A stretch of DNA of 64,000 bases from an uncultured virus (IMG/VR IMGVR_UViG_2651869845_000001) (taxonomy: Duplodnaviria; Heunggongvirae; Uroviricota; Caudoviricetes). The stretch lies in the IMG/VR virus record IMGVR_UViG_2651869845_000001; one strand, 5' to 3'. Made by a program: the position numbers and the translations under genes. The notes under the pieces were generated by a model. That model was not told where the DNA came from and ran no database searches. It saw only the letters and a program-made list of their open reading frames with translations. Positions 9,768-19,514 of the stretch are shown here, piece after piece (position 1 is the first letter of the stretch; every line of letters begins with the position of its first letter).

Positions 9768-10013
9768 ATGACCGAATCGACAGAACGCCGCGCTGCTCCC
9801 GGCGATTTGTGCACTTGCGGCCGCCAGGCCACCGTCGTCTACAGCAGCACCGAGTTTGGCGACGTCGGGTACTGCGGAGTCGAAGGCAACCAGGCCAGCC
9901 CGGTACTCCCCTGCCCCTGGTGCGGGAGCGCGGCGCCACATACGGCGGCATGGGGAGATCCCGGCAAGTGTCCGGACTATCGGCTCCGCGCACCAGCTGA
10001 GCCGATCAAGTGA
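9768..10013 (+). CDS. Small Cys-rich hypothetical protein
   Basis: 81 aa, CTC / CPWC / CP motifs. Confidence 0.55.
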   Translation: MTESTERRAAPGDLCTCGRQATVVYSSTEFGDVGYCGVEGNQASPVLPCPWCGSAAPHTAAWGDPGKCPDYRLRAPAEPIK

Positions 10014-10037
10014 GCTAACCGCTCCACCACGCGCGAC

Positions 10038-10071
10038 GAGGGCCTGTAGCCAGTGGCTGCGGGCCCTTCTT
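10038..10071 (+). terminator. Probable intrinsic terminator
   Basis: AGGGCCTGTAGCC-agt-GGCTGCGGGCCCT hairpin followed by TCTT. Confidence 0.55.
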
Positions 10072-10092
10072 CATGCCCACACCGTGACGCCC

Positions 10093-10116
10093 AATGTATT
10101 GTGATGGCACTACATT
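10093..10116 (+). promoter_or_regulatory. Palindromic operator-promoter O2
   Basis: AATGTATTG-tgatgg-CACTACATT; TTGTGA-18nt-TAGAGT on +. Confidence 0.85.
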
Positions 10117-10217
10117 AGGCGGTAGAGTGAGACTCATCGCGCGCGCACCTAACCCGGGGCAACGATCCGGTCCACCCGCGCCACGCTAGAACCGTCCCCT
10201 TCCCCAGGAGCCGCACC

Positions 10218-10595
10218 ATGACCCTCGCCCCGCCGGCGCGTCCCCATCCCGCCAACCCGAACAGTTGCCGGTGGTGCGGCATCGATCGCCGCGAGCACAT
10301 GCGGCGGTGGAAGCCGACAGTCGGCTGGCACCCCTGGGAGCAGCCCACCCAAGCCCAGATCCTCGCCCGCATGCGCGCACGACGAGCCAACCGGCCGGCC
10401 GTCTTGGTCACCACCCGCGACCGCATGCGCGCCATCCACGCCGACGCCTACACCGCCGACGAAAACCCCCGCTGCGCCACCTGCCACACCGACAACTGCC
10501 CCCGCTACCAGCGCATCCAAGACCGCCTCTACCAGCAGCACCTCGCCCGTGTGGCGCTCCTGCCGGCCGACACCTACACCGAGGAGCCCTGGTAG
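10218..10595 (+). CDS. Hypothetical Zn-binding phage protein
   Basis: CRWC...H and CATCHTDNC motifs; AGGAG RBS. Confidence 0.65.
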   Translation: MTLAPPARPHPANPNSCRWCGIDRREHMRRWKPTVGWHPWEQPTQAQILARMRARRANRPAVLVTTRDRMRAIHADAYTADENPRCATCHTDNCPRYQRIQDRLYQQHLARVALLPADTYTEEPW

Positions 10596-10635
10596 CACAC
10601 CCGGTTCCGCCCACACCCACACAAGGACACCCACT

Positions 10636-11040
10636 GTGATCCGCGAAGACCGCTTCCTCATCAGCCGCAAGCCGTTTGCGATCGGCCTGTCCTCCGTGAC
10701 GATGGAGAGCGCTCACCGGCACGACGCCTACTGGCTGGACGGAACGTGCCTGGCCGTCTGGTTCCGGCGCAAGAACGGCATCACCTATGCATGCCTCGGA
10801 ACCCTGGGGTTGTGGGCTCACCGACTGAGGGAAGAGCCCGACGTATCCAGCCCCGAGGCGATCCTCAGCAACAGCCTGGACAGCCGTTACGGAGGCGACC
10901 CTCACGGGCGCTGGGACGGGGAGCGGTACTGGGGGTCCCAGAAGCCGGTCGAGCAGGCCCTGCACCTGACGCTCCTCGAACCGATGCTCGCCAACTACCC
11001 GGACCTCCCCGCCGGCTACGACGGGTGGTGGAGGTTCTGA
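10636..11040 (+). CDS. Hypothetical protein, paralogue of 23929-24321
   Basis: IREDRFLISR...VWFRRK...GRWDGE.YWG...PMLANYP shared with the - strand copy. Confidence 0.75.
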   Translation: MIREDRFLISRKPFAIGLSSVTMESAHRHDAYWLDGTCLAVWFRRKNGITYACLGTLGLWAHRLREEPDVSSPEAILSNSLDSRYGGDPHGRWDGERYWGSQKPVEQALHLTLLEPMLANYPDLPAGYDGWWRF

Positions 11041-11279
11041 TGCCGGGCCGCCCGCTCACCTGTACGCGCTGCGGTGGCCCGTGCAGCGTGGCTGAGGACG
11101 TGACAGGCCACAACGACTGGGGACTCGCGGTCGTCGACAGCGACGGCACCGTGCGACCCGCCGAGCAGCACATGGAGTTCTACAAGGGCGACGTCGTCCG
11201 GATCCGCGCCGTCTGCGTAAACCCGCGCTGCCGCCACCAGTGGACGCTCCGACGTCGCTTCGAACCCACCACCCCGTGA
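11040..11279 (+). CDS. Small Zn-ribbon protein
   Basis: CTRC...CVNPRC; TGATG coupling. Confidence 0.6.
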   Translation: MPGRPLTCTRCGGPCSVAEDVTGHNDWGLAVVDSDGTVRPAEQHMEFYKGDVVRIRAVCVNPRCRHQWTLRRRFEPTTP

Positions 11280-11357
11280 CACCTGCCGGGCCGGGGCTGC
11301 TCGACACAGCCCCGGCCACGGCGCGAGTTCACCACACACCCAGCCCGGAGGAAACCA

Positions 11358-12236
11358 ATGACCACCACACCCGAGACCGACGAGGAACGCGAGCGGCGCG
11401 AGGACCGAGAGGAGGTTGCCCGGCTCCACAAGGCAGGCGACCACGAGCACTGCGATCAGACCTGTGAGATACAGCTCCCGTCCGACATGCTGCGAAACTT
11501 CATCGTCGCGAAGGGCTACCCAGGGACGGGCGGGGCGCTTGACGAACTCCTCCGCCGCGCCGCTGCTGGGGTGGTAGCGCAGCCCGAGCCTTTGAGCCCG
11601 ACCTTCACTGCAACACCTGCCCCAAAGGGGACTCAAAGCCAGCCCGAGCCCGAGGCTTGCCGTTCCGCCACGGACCGGATGGGGCCGTGCATCCACGACC
11701 TCGCCAACACCCGGCCGACCAAGCCCGACACCGGACGGCGCGAACGCTGGGAGGTGGCGTACCGCCAGTACGACGCCCACGACTACACCAACCTCGCCAC
11801 CATCGGAATGGGCAAAGCGGACGAGGAGCAGCAGAAGCTACTGGCCGACCGGACAGAGATGAGCCGTCTCTACCTGGCCAAGGCCGAGGAAGCCGTGCGC
11901 CTGCGTGCCGAGCTGAATGAGGTTACCGGCGTCAGCGGAACGCTTCGCCGCCAGGAAGTTAATCGTCTCGCTGCCGAGAACGACCGCCTGCGTGCCGAGC
12001 TGGAGCAGGCGCAGGCCGAGACGCACCAGTTCCGTACAGCGCTCCAGGGCGTCGCGCGCCGCGACGCCCTCGACCAAGCCGCCGAAGAGCTGTCACTCGG
12101 CCGCAACTCCCCGGACCCTGACGGCTGCACCTGCGCCATCGCGGGCGAGGAGTTCCGTCCGGCCAGGCACTACCGCGACTGCCCGCTATCCCCGGTCGCA
12201 GATCCTCAGCCCGCCCCCGAGGAGCCGACCCGATGA
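11358..12236 (+). CDS. Hypothetical coiled-coil phage protein
   Basis: 292 aa, GGAGG RBS, heptad region. Confidence 0.65.
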   Translation: MTTTPETDEERERREDREEVARLHKAGDHEHCDQTCEIQLPSDMLRNFIVAKGYPGTGGALDELLRRAAAGVVAQPEPLSPTFTATPAPKGTQSQPEPEACRSATDRMGPCIHDLANTRPTKPDTGRRERWEVAYRQYDAHDYTNLATIGMGKADEEQQKLLADRTEMSRLYLAKAEEAVRLRAELNEVTGVSGTLRRQEVNRLAAENDRLRAELEQAQAETHQFRTALQGVARRDALDQAAEELSLGRNSPDPDGCTCAIAGEEFRPARHYRDCPLSPVADPQPAPEEPTR

Positions 12237-12433
12237 GTACCGCCCCGCCTCTGCGCCCCGAGTTCATCGAGGGCGCCAGCCCCGAATCGATCCGGCACCA
12301 GATCAAGCTGGCTCGCGCCGCCCGCGACCGGTGGCAAGTCCGTGTCGAGCGTCTGGGCCAGCTCCTCGACACCCGTCTGCGGCAGATTGACGCCGGGGAG
12401 TGGCCGCCTGCCCCCGAGGAGCCCACGTCGTGA
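12233..12433 (+). CDS. Hypothetical protein
   Basis: ATGA overlap with the upstream gene. Confidence 0.55.
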   Translation: MSTAPPLRPEFIEGASPESIRHQIKLARAARDRWQVRVERLGQLLDTRLRQIDAGEWPPAPEEPTS

Positions 12434-12628
12434 CCGTCAACACTTCCCGGCGCGGATCGTCGTACAGCGGGACGAGCCGTCACTGACCCACGGCGGCGGT
12501 ACCCGCGCTGCGACAGGCTGCGGCCCAACGGGCACCGCCTACCCGCAGGTTCGGAACGATCAGCCCACCCGGATTGGTCCACCCGCACCCGGGGCAACGA
12601 TCCGCCGCGGCAGCCCCAGCATGGACGT

Positions 12629-13060
12629 ATGGCCCTTCCCAAGACCCGCCCCGAAGAGTCCAACCTCGTCGCCCACGCGCGCCGTGAACTCCGAATCCTC
12701 GAAGAAGACCCCGACACCATCAGAGGCATCTGCGACGTCGTCCACGCGTTCGCCAAGATGGGCCACAGCGGCGGTAGCGCCCCCTACGCCATCTCCTACC
12801 TCGAACGGCTCCTGCGGTACGAGCCGCTCTCCGAACTCACCGACGACCCATCCGAATGGCTCGACCGGCACGCAGAGGGCATGACGACCAGCCCCCTGTG
12901 GCAGTCCGTGCGCCACCCGGACGCAATGAGCACCGACGGCGGTAAGACGTACATCCTGCTGTCGGAGCAAACCGCGGCCGGCGACCTGACCACCACACCC
13001 CTCCACCGCTCCAAGACCGTGCCGATGCCCGACCTGCCCGCCGACGAGGTGAGCGGCTGA
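12629..13060 (+). CDS. Hypothetical phage protein (GHSGGSA motif)
   Basis: FAKMGHSGGSA...PLSELTDDPSEW...WQS.R motifs. Confidence 0.7.
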   Translation: MALPKTRPEESNLVAHARRELRILEEDPDTIRGICDVVHAFAKMGHSGGSAPYAISYLERLLRYEPLSELTDDPSEWLDRHAEGMTTSPLWQSVRHPDAMSTDGGKTYILLSEQTAAGDLTTTPLHRSKTVPMPDLPADEVSG

Positions 13061-13542
13061 TGGCCTCCGACGACCCCACCATCACCGACCTCCGCCGCGA
13101 ACTGGACAAAGCAGCCGAAGCCCTCAACGGCTGCGCCACCCACCTCGCCCACCACGCCGAAATGAACGCCGCACTCCACTGCTCCGAGCGCGTCATGTAC
13201 TCCCCCCTCCACGCCAAGGTTGCCGCGGCGCTCGCTGGGATCGACCACGCCCTGAAGCGCACCCAGCTCATCGGGACTGCATCGGCAGCGATGATCCCCA
13301 TCGAGGACACCGCTGACCTCGTCAAGGTCCTCTCCGACCTCGACCGCTGCCAACACGGACGCCACCAGGGCGACGCGTGCGGCCCCGCCGACGCCTGCAC
13401 AGGCACGTCAGCAGGCAACCCCCACATCCGGCCCGGGCAGGTCATCGGCTACGGCCTGCGCGGCGACCTGATCGTCATGCCGCCCCGGGACTCGAAGCAC
13501 ATCCCCAAGGCCTGGCGACGCAACGCAGAGGGGAGCGTCTGA
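13060..13542 (+). CDS. Hypothetical protein
   Basis: TGATG coupling; DLDRCQHGRH motif. Confidence 0.65.
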   Translation: MASDDPTITDLRRELDKAAEALNGCATHLAHHAEMNAALHCSERVMYSPLHAKVAAALAGIDHALKRTQLIGTASAAMIPIEDTADLVKVLSDLDRCQHGRHQGDACGPADACTGTSAGNPHIRPGQVIGYGLRGDLIVMPPRDSKHIPKAWRRNAEGSV

Positions 13543-13967
13543 TGGTGAAGCCCCCGGACGACCGCCGGCAGGCCGTCGCTGACTGGCTCCGCGCCAACGG
13601 TGTCGACCCCAATCACGTTCCCCGCGACACAGACCTCACCATCAGCACCAGCCCCGACGGCACCCGCCACCTCAACTACGAAGCGTTCGTCGTGGACTCC
13701 GAAGGTCGCAAGATGGTCGATGAGCGGGGCACGAGCGCCGCCATCGAACCGCGCACCGTACCCCTCGCTGTGCCACCCCCCGGCTGGTGGCAGCCGCACC
13801 AGAAACCCATCCGCGGCCAACTCCTCGCCGCCCTCGAACGCTGCCGAACCCTCATCAACGCAGGTCCGAACACTGCCCTCACGACACCCGGCGACTACGA
13901 GCACGGCTGGGACGCTGCCATGGAAGCGATCCAGACCGCCATCGCCGACCCGAAGGCGAGCAACTGA
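13542..13967 (+). CDS. Hypothetical protein
   Basis: TGATG coupling; WLRANGVDP motif. Confidence 0.65.
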   Translation: MVKPPDDRRQAVADWLRANGVDPNHVPRDTDLTISTSPDGTRHLNYEAFVVDSEGRKMVDERGTSAAIEPRTVPLAVPPPGWWQPHQKPIRGQLLAALERCRTLINAGPNTALTTPGDYEHGWDAAMEAIQTAIADPKASN

Positions 13968-14218
13968 TGACGCCCATCGTCCCGATCACGGTCGTCGCCG
14001 TGTGCCTCGTTTTGTGCGGGTTGTGCATCGTCAGCGCGTTGCAGGCCCGCGCGGAACGAGTCGACGCAGAAGCGGCCGCAGAGAAGGCCCAGGAAGCCGC
14101 TCACGCCCTCCGTGAGGCACGCGCCGTCCAGTTGGGCCCGGTACACGTCACGTCCAGGCTGAGCCCCGTCCAGGTAGGCGAGATCATCGCACGCAACCTC
14201 CGCCGGGGCGGCACCTGA
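13967..14218 (+). CDS. Small membrane-anchored protein
   Basis: N-terminal hydrophobic helix; TGATG coupling. Confidence 0.6.
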   Translation: MTPIVPITVVAVCLVLCGLCIVSALQARAERVDAEAAAEKAQEAAHALREARAVQLGPVHVTSRLSPVQVGEIIARNLRRGGT

Positions 14219-14496
14219 TGGACCAGGCCCCGACCCCGGACAAGAAGGCCCTATACGAGCGGCTTGAGCAGGCCATCGCCGCTGTCACCCAAGCCGAGGA
14301 GTACGACGGGATCCTCACCGAATGGGTGGTCCTGACTGTGCACCACCGGGTTGACGCTGAAGGTGACAGCATCCCCCTCTACGGGAAGCTCCTCCCCGGC
14401 GGAGGCGGACGGGCCGCGATTCACTGGGTCCTGGGCCTGGTCGGCTTTCAGTACGCACGGCTGCGCGCTGCTGCTGCCGAGTCCGACGAAGACTGA
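14218..14496 (+). CDS. Hypothetical phage protein
   Basis: 92 aa, TGATG coupling, last gene of the + arm. Confidence 0.65.
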   Translation: MDQAPTPDKKALYERLEQAIAAVTQAEEYDGILTEWVVLTVHHRVDAEGDSIPLYGKLLPGGGGRAAIHWVLGLVGFQYARLRAAAAESDED

Positions 14497-14667
14497 TGCG
14501 CCGGATCCGCGCATAGTCGGGCGCAATGTCAGTGCCTGGTGCAACACTGGCGTTGGCACCATTCCGCCTGGTCTCGGGATGGGGTTCCCTGGTCTGATGT
14601 GCCGGCCACGCCCCCGGGCAGTGACCCGCTCAGGCCGGCAGCCGCCCTGTGGGTTGGCCGCAACGCC

Positions 14668-14699
14668 AACGCCCCGCTGAGTACCCCCAGCGGGGCGTT
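14668..14699. terminator. Bidirectional terminator between the converging arms
   Basis: 12-bp perfect stem AACGCCCCGCTG / CAGCGGGGCGTT. Confidence 0.7.
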
Positions 14700-14718
14700 C
14701 GTGCGTTCGGATCCCCAG

Positions 14719-15681
14719 TCACTCCTCGTCGGCATAGGCGATGTGGGCACCGGCCTGCGCAGCGGCACGGGCGGCGACCTGCCGGTGCCAGGATGCCGAC
14801 CACCGGCCGTGCGGGTTCGCCGCCACGTACTCGTCGTCGCTGCGGTAGGTGATGACTGTGTCGTCATCCCCGGCCTCATATGCGGCGACCAGGTCTGTGA
14901 CCGCCTTGTCGGTCTGCTCCCGCAGTTCGGCAACCTCGGGGCGGATCCGACCCGGCACAGCGTCGCGACCCTGCTCCCACGACCGCACAGTCCGCGGGTT
15001 CACCCGCAACAGTTTCGCGAAGTGGTCACCAGTCAGGCCGAGCGTCTCGCGGGCCGTCCGCAGCTCGGCATCGGTCAGCGGGTCCTCCTCTGCCAGCTCG
15101 TCCCGCAGGCCCCGCAGGTAGCCCTCCAGGCCGGGGCAGACGACGACGCCGGACGGGCCGACCTCGGCCAGATCCCCGAGGATCTCCGACTCGATCTCGG
15201 TGAGGCGGGCATCGGTGGTGTCCGCCGTGATGTCGTACTCATCGGCCTCGCTGCCGTTGATGACCCCGTCGATGTCCCACTCCTGGACCAGGTCGCTGTC
15301 GTCGTAGTCCTCCTCGTCGGATCCGAGCAGGCTCTCGATTTCCGCCTCGGCGGCCTCGGCGTCCTCGCCGAGCACGGCGATCATGCTGTTGCCGTCCCAC
15401 TTCTCCTCCCAGTCGGCGAGGATGCGGTCGGCCAGCGGGGCGACCTGCTGCATCATGCGGTTCGCTGCATCGCCGGTCAGGACGGGGATGGTGTAGCGGC
15501 GGTCGAAGCCGTAGAAGACGGAGAAGGGCTGGGCGTTCCCCCCGACCTCTGAGTCGTAGTTGGCGAGCAGCTTTCCCTCGCGTAGATCCAGTTCAATGTA
15601 GGCGCCCTGCGTTTCGAACTGACCGTCGTAGTGGCGGAAAAGCTCAAGCGGGTCGGTGCACTCGATGATCCCGACAGGCAT
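14719..15681 (-). CDS. XRE-type HTH protein with large acidic N-terminal domain
   Basis: LTDAELRTARETLGLTGDHFAKLLRVNPRTVRSWEQGR in the C-terminal third. Confidence 0.8.
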   Translation of the reverse strand: MPVGIIECTDPLELFRHYDGQFETQGAYIELDLREGKLLANYDSEVGGNAQPFSVFYGFDRRYTIPVLTGDAANRMMQQVAPLADRILADWEEKWDGNSMIAVLGEDAEAAEAEIESLLGSDEEDYDDSDLVQEWDIDGVINGSEADEYDITADTTDARLTEIESEILGDLAEVGPSGVVVCPGLEGYLRGLRDELAEEDPLTDAELRTARETLGLTGDHFAKLLRVNPRTVRSWEQGRDAVPGRIRPEVAELREQTDKAVTDLVAAYEAGDDDTVITYRSDDEYVAANPHGRWSASWHRQVAARAAAQAGAHIAYADEE

Positions 15682-15718
15682 AGTGATCCCCCTTCAGGGA
15701 CTCGCGGGTGAGGGACGG

Positions 15719-16252
15719 TCAGAGGGCGGCAACGGCCGCGCGGGCACCGCGGGTGACCAGGTCCAGCAGGTTGAGGTAGTTCCGCTCGCCGTCCAGGTAG
15801 CGGATCTCGTAGACGTCGGCCCCGTAGTGGCGGAAGTGGAGCAGGCCGTCAGCGGCGTCGAACCACACCTTGTCGATGGCGCCCAGGAGGCCAAGGGCGC
15901 GCCCGTTGGCGATGCCGCGGCCGTTAACGGAAGCCGAGGAGACGTTGCCGGTGCCGTAGCGGCTGACGTCGATGCCCGCCAGCTCGGCCCAGACGCCTTC
16001 GTTGAGGTAGACGCGGTCCATGCCGTTCTTCTGCCAGCGCCGGCCGCCGATCGCGGTCATCGACTCCGCGGTGAAGACGACGCGGCGGGCGGGGCGCTTC
16101 ATCCTGCCGATGGCGATGCGTGCGGCGAGGGAGGCCGTGTCGATGATCCACTGTCCGGCCTGCTTGACTGCGGCGACGACGCCGAGGCGGCACCAGGTGC
16201 GGACGGTGTCGACGGTGACGTGGGCCTCAACGGCTGCGGCGGTGGTGTTCAT
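15719..16252 (-). CDS. Excisionase-like HTH fusion protein
   Basis: TAAAVEAHVTVDTVRTWCRLG...GQWIID N-terminal HTH; WQKNGMDRVYLN C-terminal domain. Confidence 0.7.
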   Translation of the reverse strand: MNTTAAAVEAHVTVDTVRTWCRLGVVAAVKQAGQWIIDTASLAARIAIGRMKRPARRVVFTAESMTAIGGRRWQKNGMDRVYLNEGVWAELAGIDVSRYGTGNVSSASVNGRGIANGRALGLLGAIDKVWFDAADGLLHFRHYGADVYEIRYLDGERNYLNLLDLVTRGARAAVAAL

Positions 16253-16418
16253 GGGCTTCTCCGAGTGACTTACGGAGTGGGCTGGGGCTGCTCCCCTGCC
16301 TCACGTGAACAGCATGCACCCTAAAACGGGGTGTGCGCAAGGGGGTTGCGGAAAGAGTGCACCAAACGGCAGCGGCCCCCGCCCAGTTGGACAGGAGCCG
16401 CATCCTCACCGCTCGCCC

Positions 16419-16742
16419 CTACGCCGGGAACGTCCCCGTGCACGCCAGGCAGATCAGCGAGCTACCCCACGCCGCCCGCGCCGTCTCCGCAACCCCAGCC
16501 CGCCGGAACCCTGCCGCACCCCACAAGCCGGCACCCAGCAGCACCAGCAGGCCAACCCAGGCACCCGACACCAGCATGGCTATGCCCAGGACCGCCACCA
16601 CAACCACCCCGACAAGCTGGACGCTCACCGCGGCCGGCTGTGCGTACCGGGCCTTCAACGGCGAGTCGGACGGCAAACTTTCCCAGTAGTGGGGCAGGTT
16701 TTGAACGTTCGACGACCCGCACTTTGGGCTCGGACAAAACAC
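16419..16742 (-). CDS. Small membrane protein with split Zn ribbon
   Basis: CPSPKC, two hydrophobic helices, CLAC. Confidence 0.6.
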   Translation of the reverse strand: MFCPSPKCGSSNVQNLPHYWESLPSDSPLKARYAQPAAVSVQLVGVVVVAVLGIAMLVSGAWVGLLVLLGAGLWGAAGFRRAGVAETARAAWGSSLICLACTGTFPA

Positions 16743-16970
16743 GGCGGCCTCCCTCGACAGGGACAGCAGACTGCCGTGGCCCGGGGGGTGACGCGACGCT
16801 ACTGGTGGGTGTGTGAGGCGGGCCACAGAACACAGGGCGCAGGGGTCACGGCAGACGCAGGGGTGGCGGGGGAGTCACCGGGCGGGTGCGGGGTGAAGCG
16901 GCCCCGATATCCTGACGTGGCAGTGCCCCAGCCCGCTTTCCTCGGGCTGAGGCACTGTGCTGTGCGGGGC

Positions 16971-17120
16971 CTACTTGCCGACAGTGGCGCAGTCGTGCTC
17001 GATGGACTCGATGACGTCGCCGGTCTTGTCGGTGCCCTGGATGTCGTCTTTCGCGCCGCAGCGTTGGCACTCCCAGCTGATCCAATAGGTGAATCCGGTC
17101 TGCTCCTGGGCTGGCTTCAT
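16971..17120 (-). CDS. Small hypothetical protein
   Basis: 49 aa read by eye (MKPAQEQTGF...CQRC...HDC). Confidence 0.45.
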   Translation of the reverse strand: MKPAQEQTGFTYWISWECQRCGAKDDIQGTDKTGDVIESIEHDCATVGK

Positions 17121-17292
17121 TCCCGTCCCCCTTCAGGGGTGTCGTTGGTGTCGTGAAGTTCGATGTCCAGGGGCATGTTGAGGTACTGGAATGCAGCCTG
17201 GACGGTCGACAGGGGGTGGTCGGCGATATGCCGGGCCAAGGCGTAGGCGGCCGGGTCATCCGGCTCAGAGAGAGCCTGCCGTTGCGTGTCGG

Positions 17293-17676
17293 TCATGCGG
17301 GGCGCCCCGTGTCGGCGGCGTCCGCCTTCTGGAATTCGACGGCTTCGCGTCGAAGGTGCCGAGCAGCCTCAGTCCAGGTACACAGGGCGCAATCACCACA
17401 GAGGCAGCCACCACCGTCGAACTGATCGCTGATGCTGTCGAGTTCGTCGGCAGCGGCCCGCCATGCAGCCACCCGCCCCACGGGTTCGGGCAGGACGGCC
17501 AGCACCGCATCGGCCGTGTCTCGGTACGCCGCCCCCATGCCTGTCTTGTTCAGCGGTACGAGATGGCCGGGGTGGTCGTGGGTGTACAGCGCCTCGGCGA
17601 TGCGGTCGCGTAGAGCAGCTTGGTTCTGAGAGTCGGCTTGTACGGCGGACGCCCCAACCGTTGATCGTTCTGTCAC
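17293..17676 (-). CDS. Hypothetical phage protein
   Basis: GGAGG RBS; LRDRIAEAL...ADAVLAVL motif. Confidence 0.65.
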   Translation of the reverse strand: MTERSTVGASAVQADSQNQAALRDRIAEALYTHDHPGHLVPLNKTGMGAAYRDTADAVLAVLPEPVGRVAAWRAAADELDSISDQFDGGGCLCGDCALCTWTEAARHLRREAVEFQKADAADTGRPA

Positions 17677-18086
17677 TATTCCTCCTGGTTTGATGTACCC
17701 ATTCTGGCAGCAAAAAGGTGCGGGCGGTGGGGTGTTGGGGGTGCGAATTCGGTGGGGCGTCAGGTCAAAACCGCAGCGCTGGGTGGCATTTCTGGCACCT
17801 TCTCAGCGCCTTGATCCCCCGCTCGACCTCAACCTGGTAGGTCCGGGTCACCTCGTCGCACTCCTCACCCCCGCACCAGGGCGCCCGCTCCCACCCGTCC
17901 GGTCTGGCGCCGCTGCGGGTTGTTTCGTCGCTGCGGTCCCACGCCGTGTCCTGGTACGGGTGATGGCCACGGCGTTCAACCGCCCGATACTTCGCCGCCA
18001 ACGCCAGCCCCTGGGCCACACCCACATGACTGGCGCCGGGCCCTGCTCCTCACGCCACGGCGGAGCCTGCCCGGGCTCCTCCACGC

Positions 18087-18350
18087 TCACGGCGCCACAC
18101 CACCCCGCGCTTGAGACTTCACCAGCATCTCCGTCTCATACCGGCTCCGAACCTCCCCCGCCACCTCACCCGCCTGCACATACAGGGTGATGCCCTCCTG
18201 GACCCGCCACGCCGCATCACGCCACGGCTGCCACGCATCTGCGGAGTAGTCCAAGTCCCGCAACTCCTCCTTCTCACGGAGGGCCTGTCGTTGCAGGTCA
18301 ACGAGTTGTTTCAGTTCTTCAGGGAGTTCACCTGTTTGTTCGATCGGCAC
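18087..18350 (-). CDS. Hypothetical protein
   Basis: 87 aa, helical composition. Confidence 0.55.
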   Translation of the reverse strand: MPIEQTGELPEELKQLVDLQRQALREKEELRDLDYSADAWQPWRDAAWRVQEGITLYVQAGEVAGEVRSRYETEMLVKSQARGGVAP

Positions 18351-18468
18351 CCGCCGACCCTACGCCGACACCCCACCCGAACCCGTGCGGTACCCGCTGG
18401 CCCGGACGGTGTCAGACTGGGAACGGCCCCGTCGCATCCCCCGTCGGCGGGGCCACCCCAAACACCAA

Positions 18469-18501
18469 AACGGCCCGCCCCCTGTGTGGGGGCGGGCCGT
18501 T
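18469..18501. terminator. Intrinsic terminator
   Basis: 14-bp perfect stem AACGGCCCGCCCCC / GGGGGCGGGCCGTT, with T-run on -. Confidence 0.75.
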
Positions 18502-18630
18502 GACGACGGGGAGGTCGGCGACACGCGACGCTACGCCGCACGGAAAGGAGCCCGCCACCCCCTGGAAGGGTGACGGGCTCCTGCAGCTGCGAGGCCGTGA
18601 CACGACCGTACGCCGCCCCACACCGGCCTG

Positions 18631-19284
18631 TCAGGACGTCTGCACATAGGGGCGCAGCACCTTATCCACCCGGGCTGCCAGAACATCCGCGCGCAGCTGG
18701 TGACGAACCTGCGGGACGGCGGACAGGGTCGGCACCAACCACGCCGGGTCCAGGACGTACGCCACCCCGACCCCGGGGAGGTGCGTCTCGAGATGCCCGC
18801 CGGCCACGGTGGAGCCGTGTATGACCAGCACCGGCCAGACGACCACGTCCCCCATGCCGATCGCCGTGCTGACCGCGGCCGCGTACCCGCCGACCTTCAC
18901 GATCTGCTCGTGCCGGTCCTCCGGCCCACAGTGCACCCGGCCAGCCACCACCGTCGTCGACCAAGTCCGCCGCCACGCCTTCGTGTCCAGGACCACCACC
19001 CGAGTCCCGCAAGGGCTGACGAGGACGTGGTCCAGGTTGAAGCGGCGGTTGTGGAGCCGCATGTCGTGCCACACCCTCCACCCCTGGGCCTCGAGCTGCG
19101 CAAGTAACCGAGCGGTGGCCTCCTCCCCGGCCGCACCGTGCGCCCACAAGGCCGCCCTGGCGTCCGCACGGCGCACCGCCGACCCAACACCCAACCAGGC
19201 CAGGACACGCCGCCACAGGCCCTTCCTGGCCCGCGCACGGATAGCCACAGCCTCAGCCGCGGCAGACCGACCCGCCGCGCTCAC
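18631..19284 (-). CDS. NERD-domain nuclease-like protein
   Basis: GAAGEEATA...WRVWHD...NLDHVLV...VVLDTKAW. Confidence 0.85.
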   Translation of the reverse strand: MSAAGRSAAAEAVAIRARARKGLWRRVLAWLGVGSAVRRADARAALWAHGAAGEEATARLLAQLEAQGWRVWHDMRLHNRRFNLDHVLVSPCGTRVVVLDTKAWRRTWSTTVVAGRVHCGPEDRHEQIVKVGGYAAAVSTAIGMGDVVVWPVLVIHGSTVAGGHLETHLPGVGVAYVLDPAWLVPTLSAVPQVRHQLRADVLAARVDKVLRPYVQTS

Positions 19285-19514
19285 CGGTCCTCCCGCTCGG
19301 GGTCGTCCCACACGATCAGAGTGTGACCGCCGTGACCGTGGACTGCCTCAGCATCTTCGATCCGGTCCCAGTTGACTGTGGAAGCTCGATCACCCCGCCA
19401 ACGGAGAGTGGCGGTCCCGTCTGGCCACAGCACACCATCAGCCACCCGGCCCGCACCCGACGCTCCGGTGACATCGTGGTTGCGCTGAAGATGGAAACGG
19501 CGAGGCATCGTCAT
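19281..19514 (-). CDS. Conserved-looking actinophage protein
   Basis: RRFHLQRNHDVTGASGAGRVADGVLWPDG...HGHGG. Confidence 0.7.
   Translation of the reverse strand: MTMPRRFHLQRNHDVTGASGAGRVADGVLWPDGTATLRWRGDRASTVNWDRIEDAEAVHGHGGHTLIVWDDPEREDR

Noticed and set aside
18328..18343. Second SOS box TCACCT-GTTT-GTTCGA
   Set aside because: Only one half-site matches the consensus
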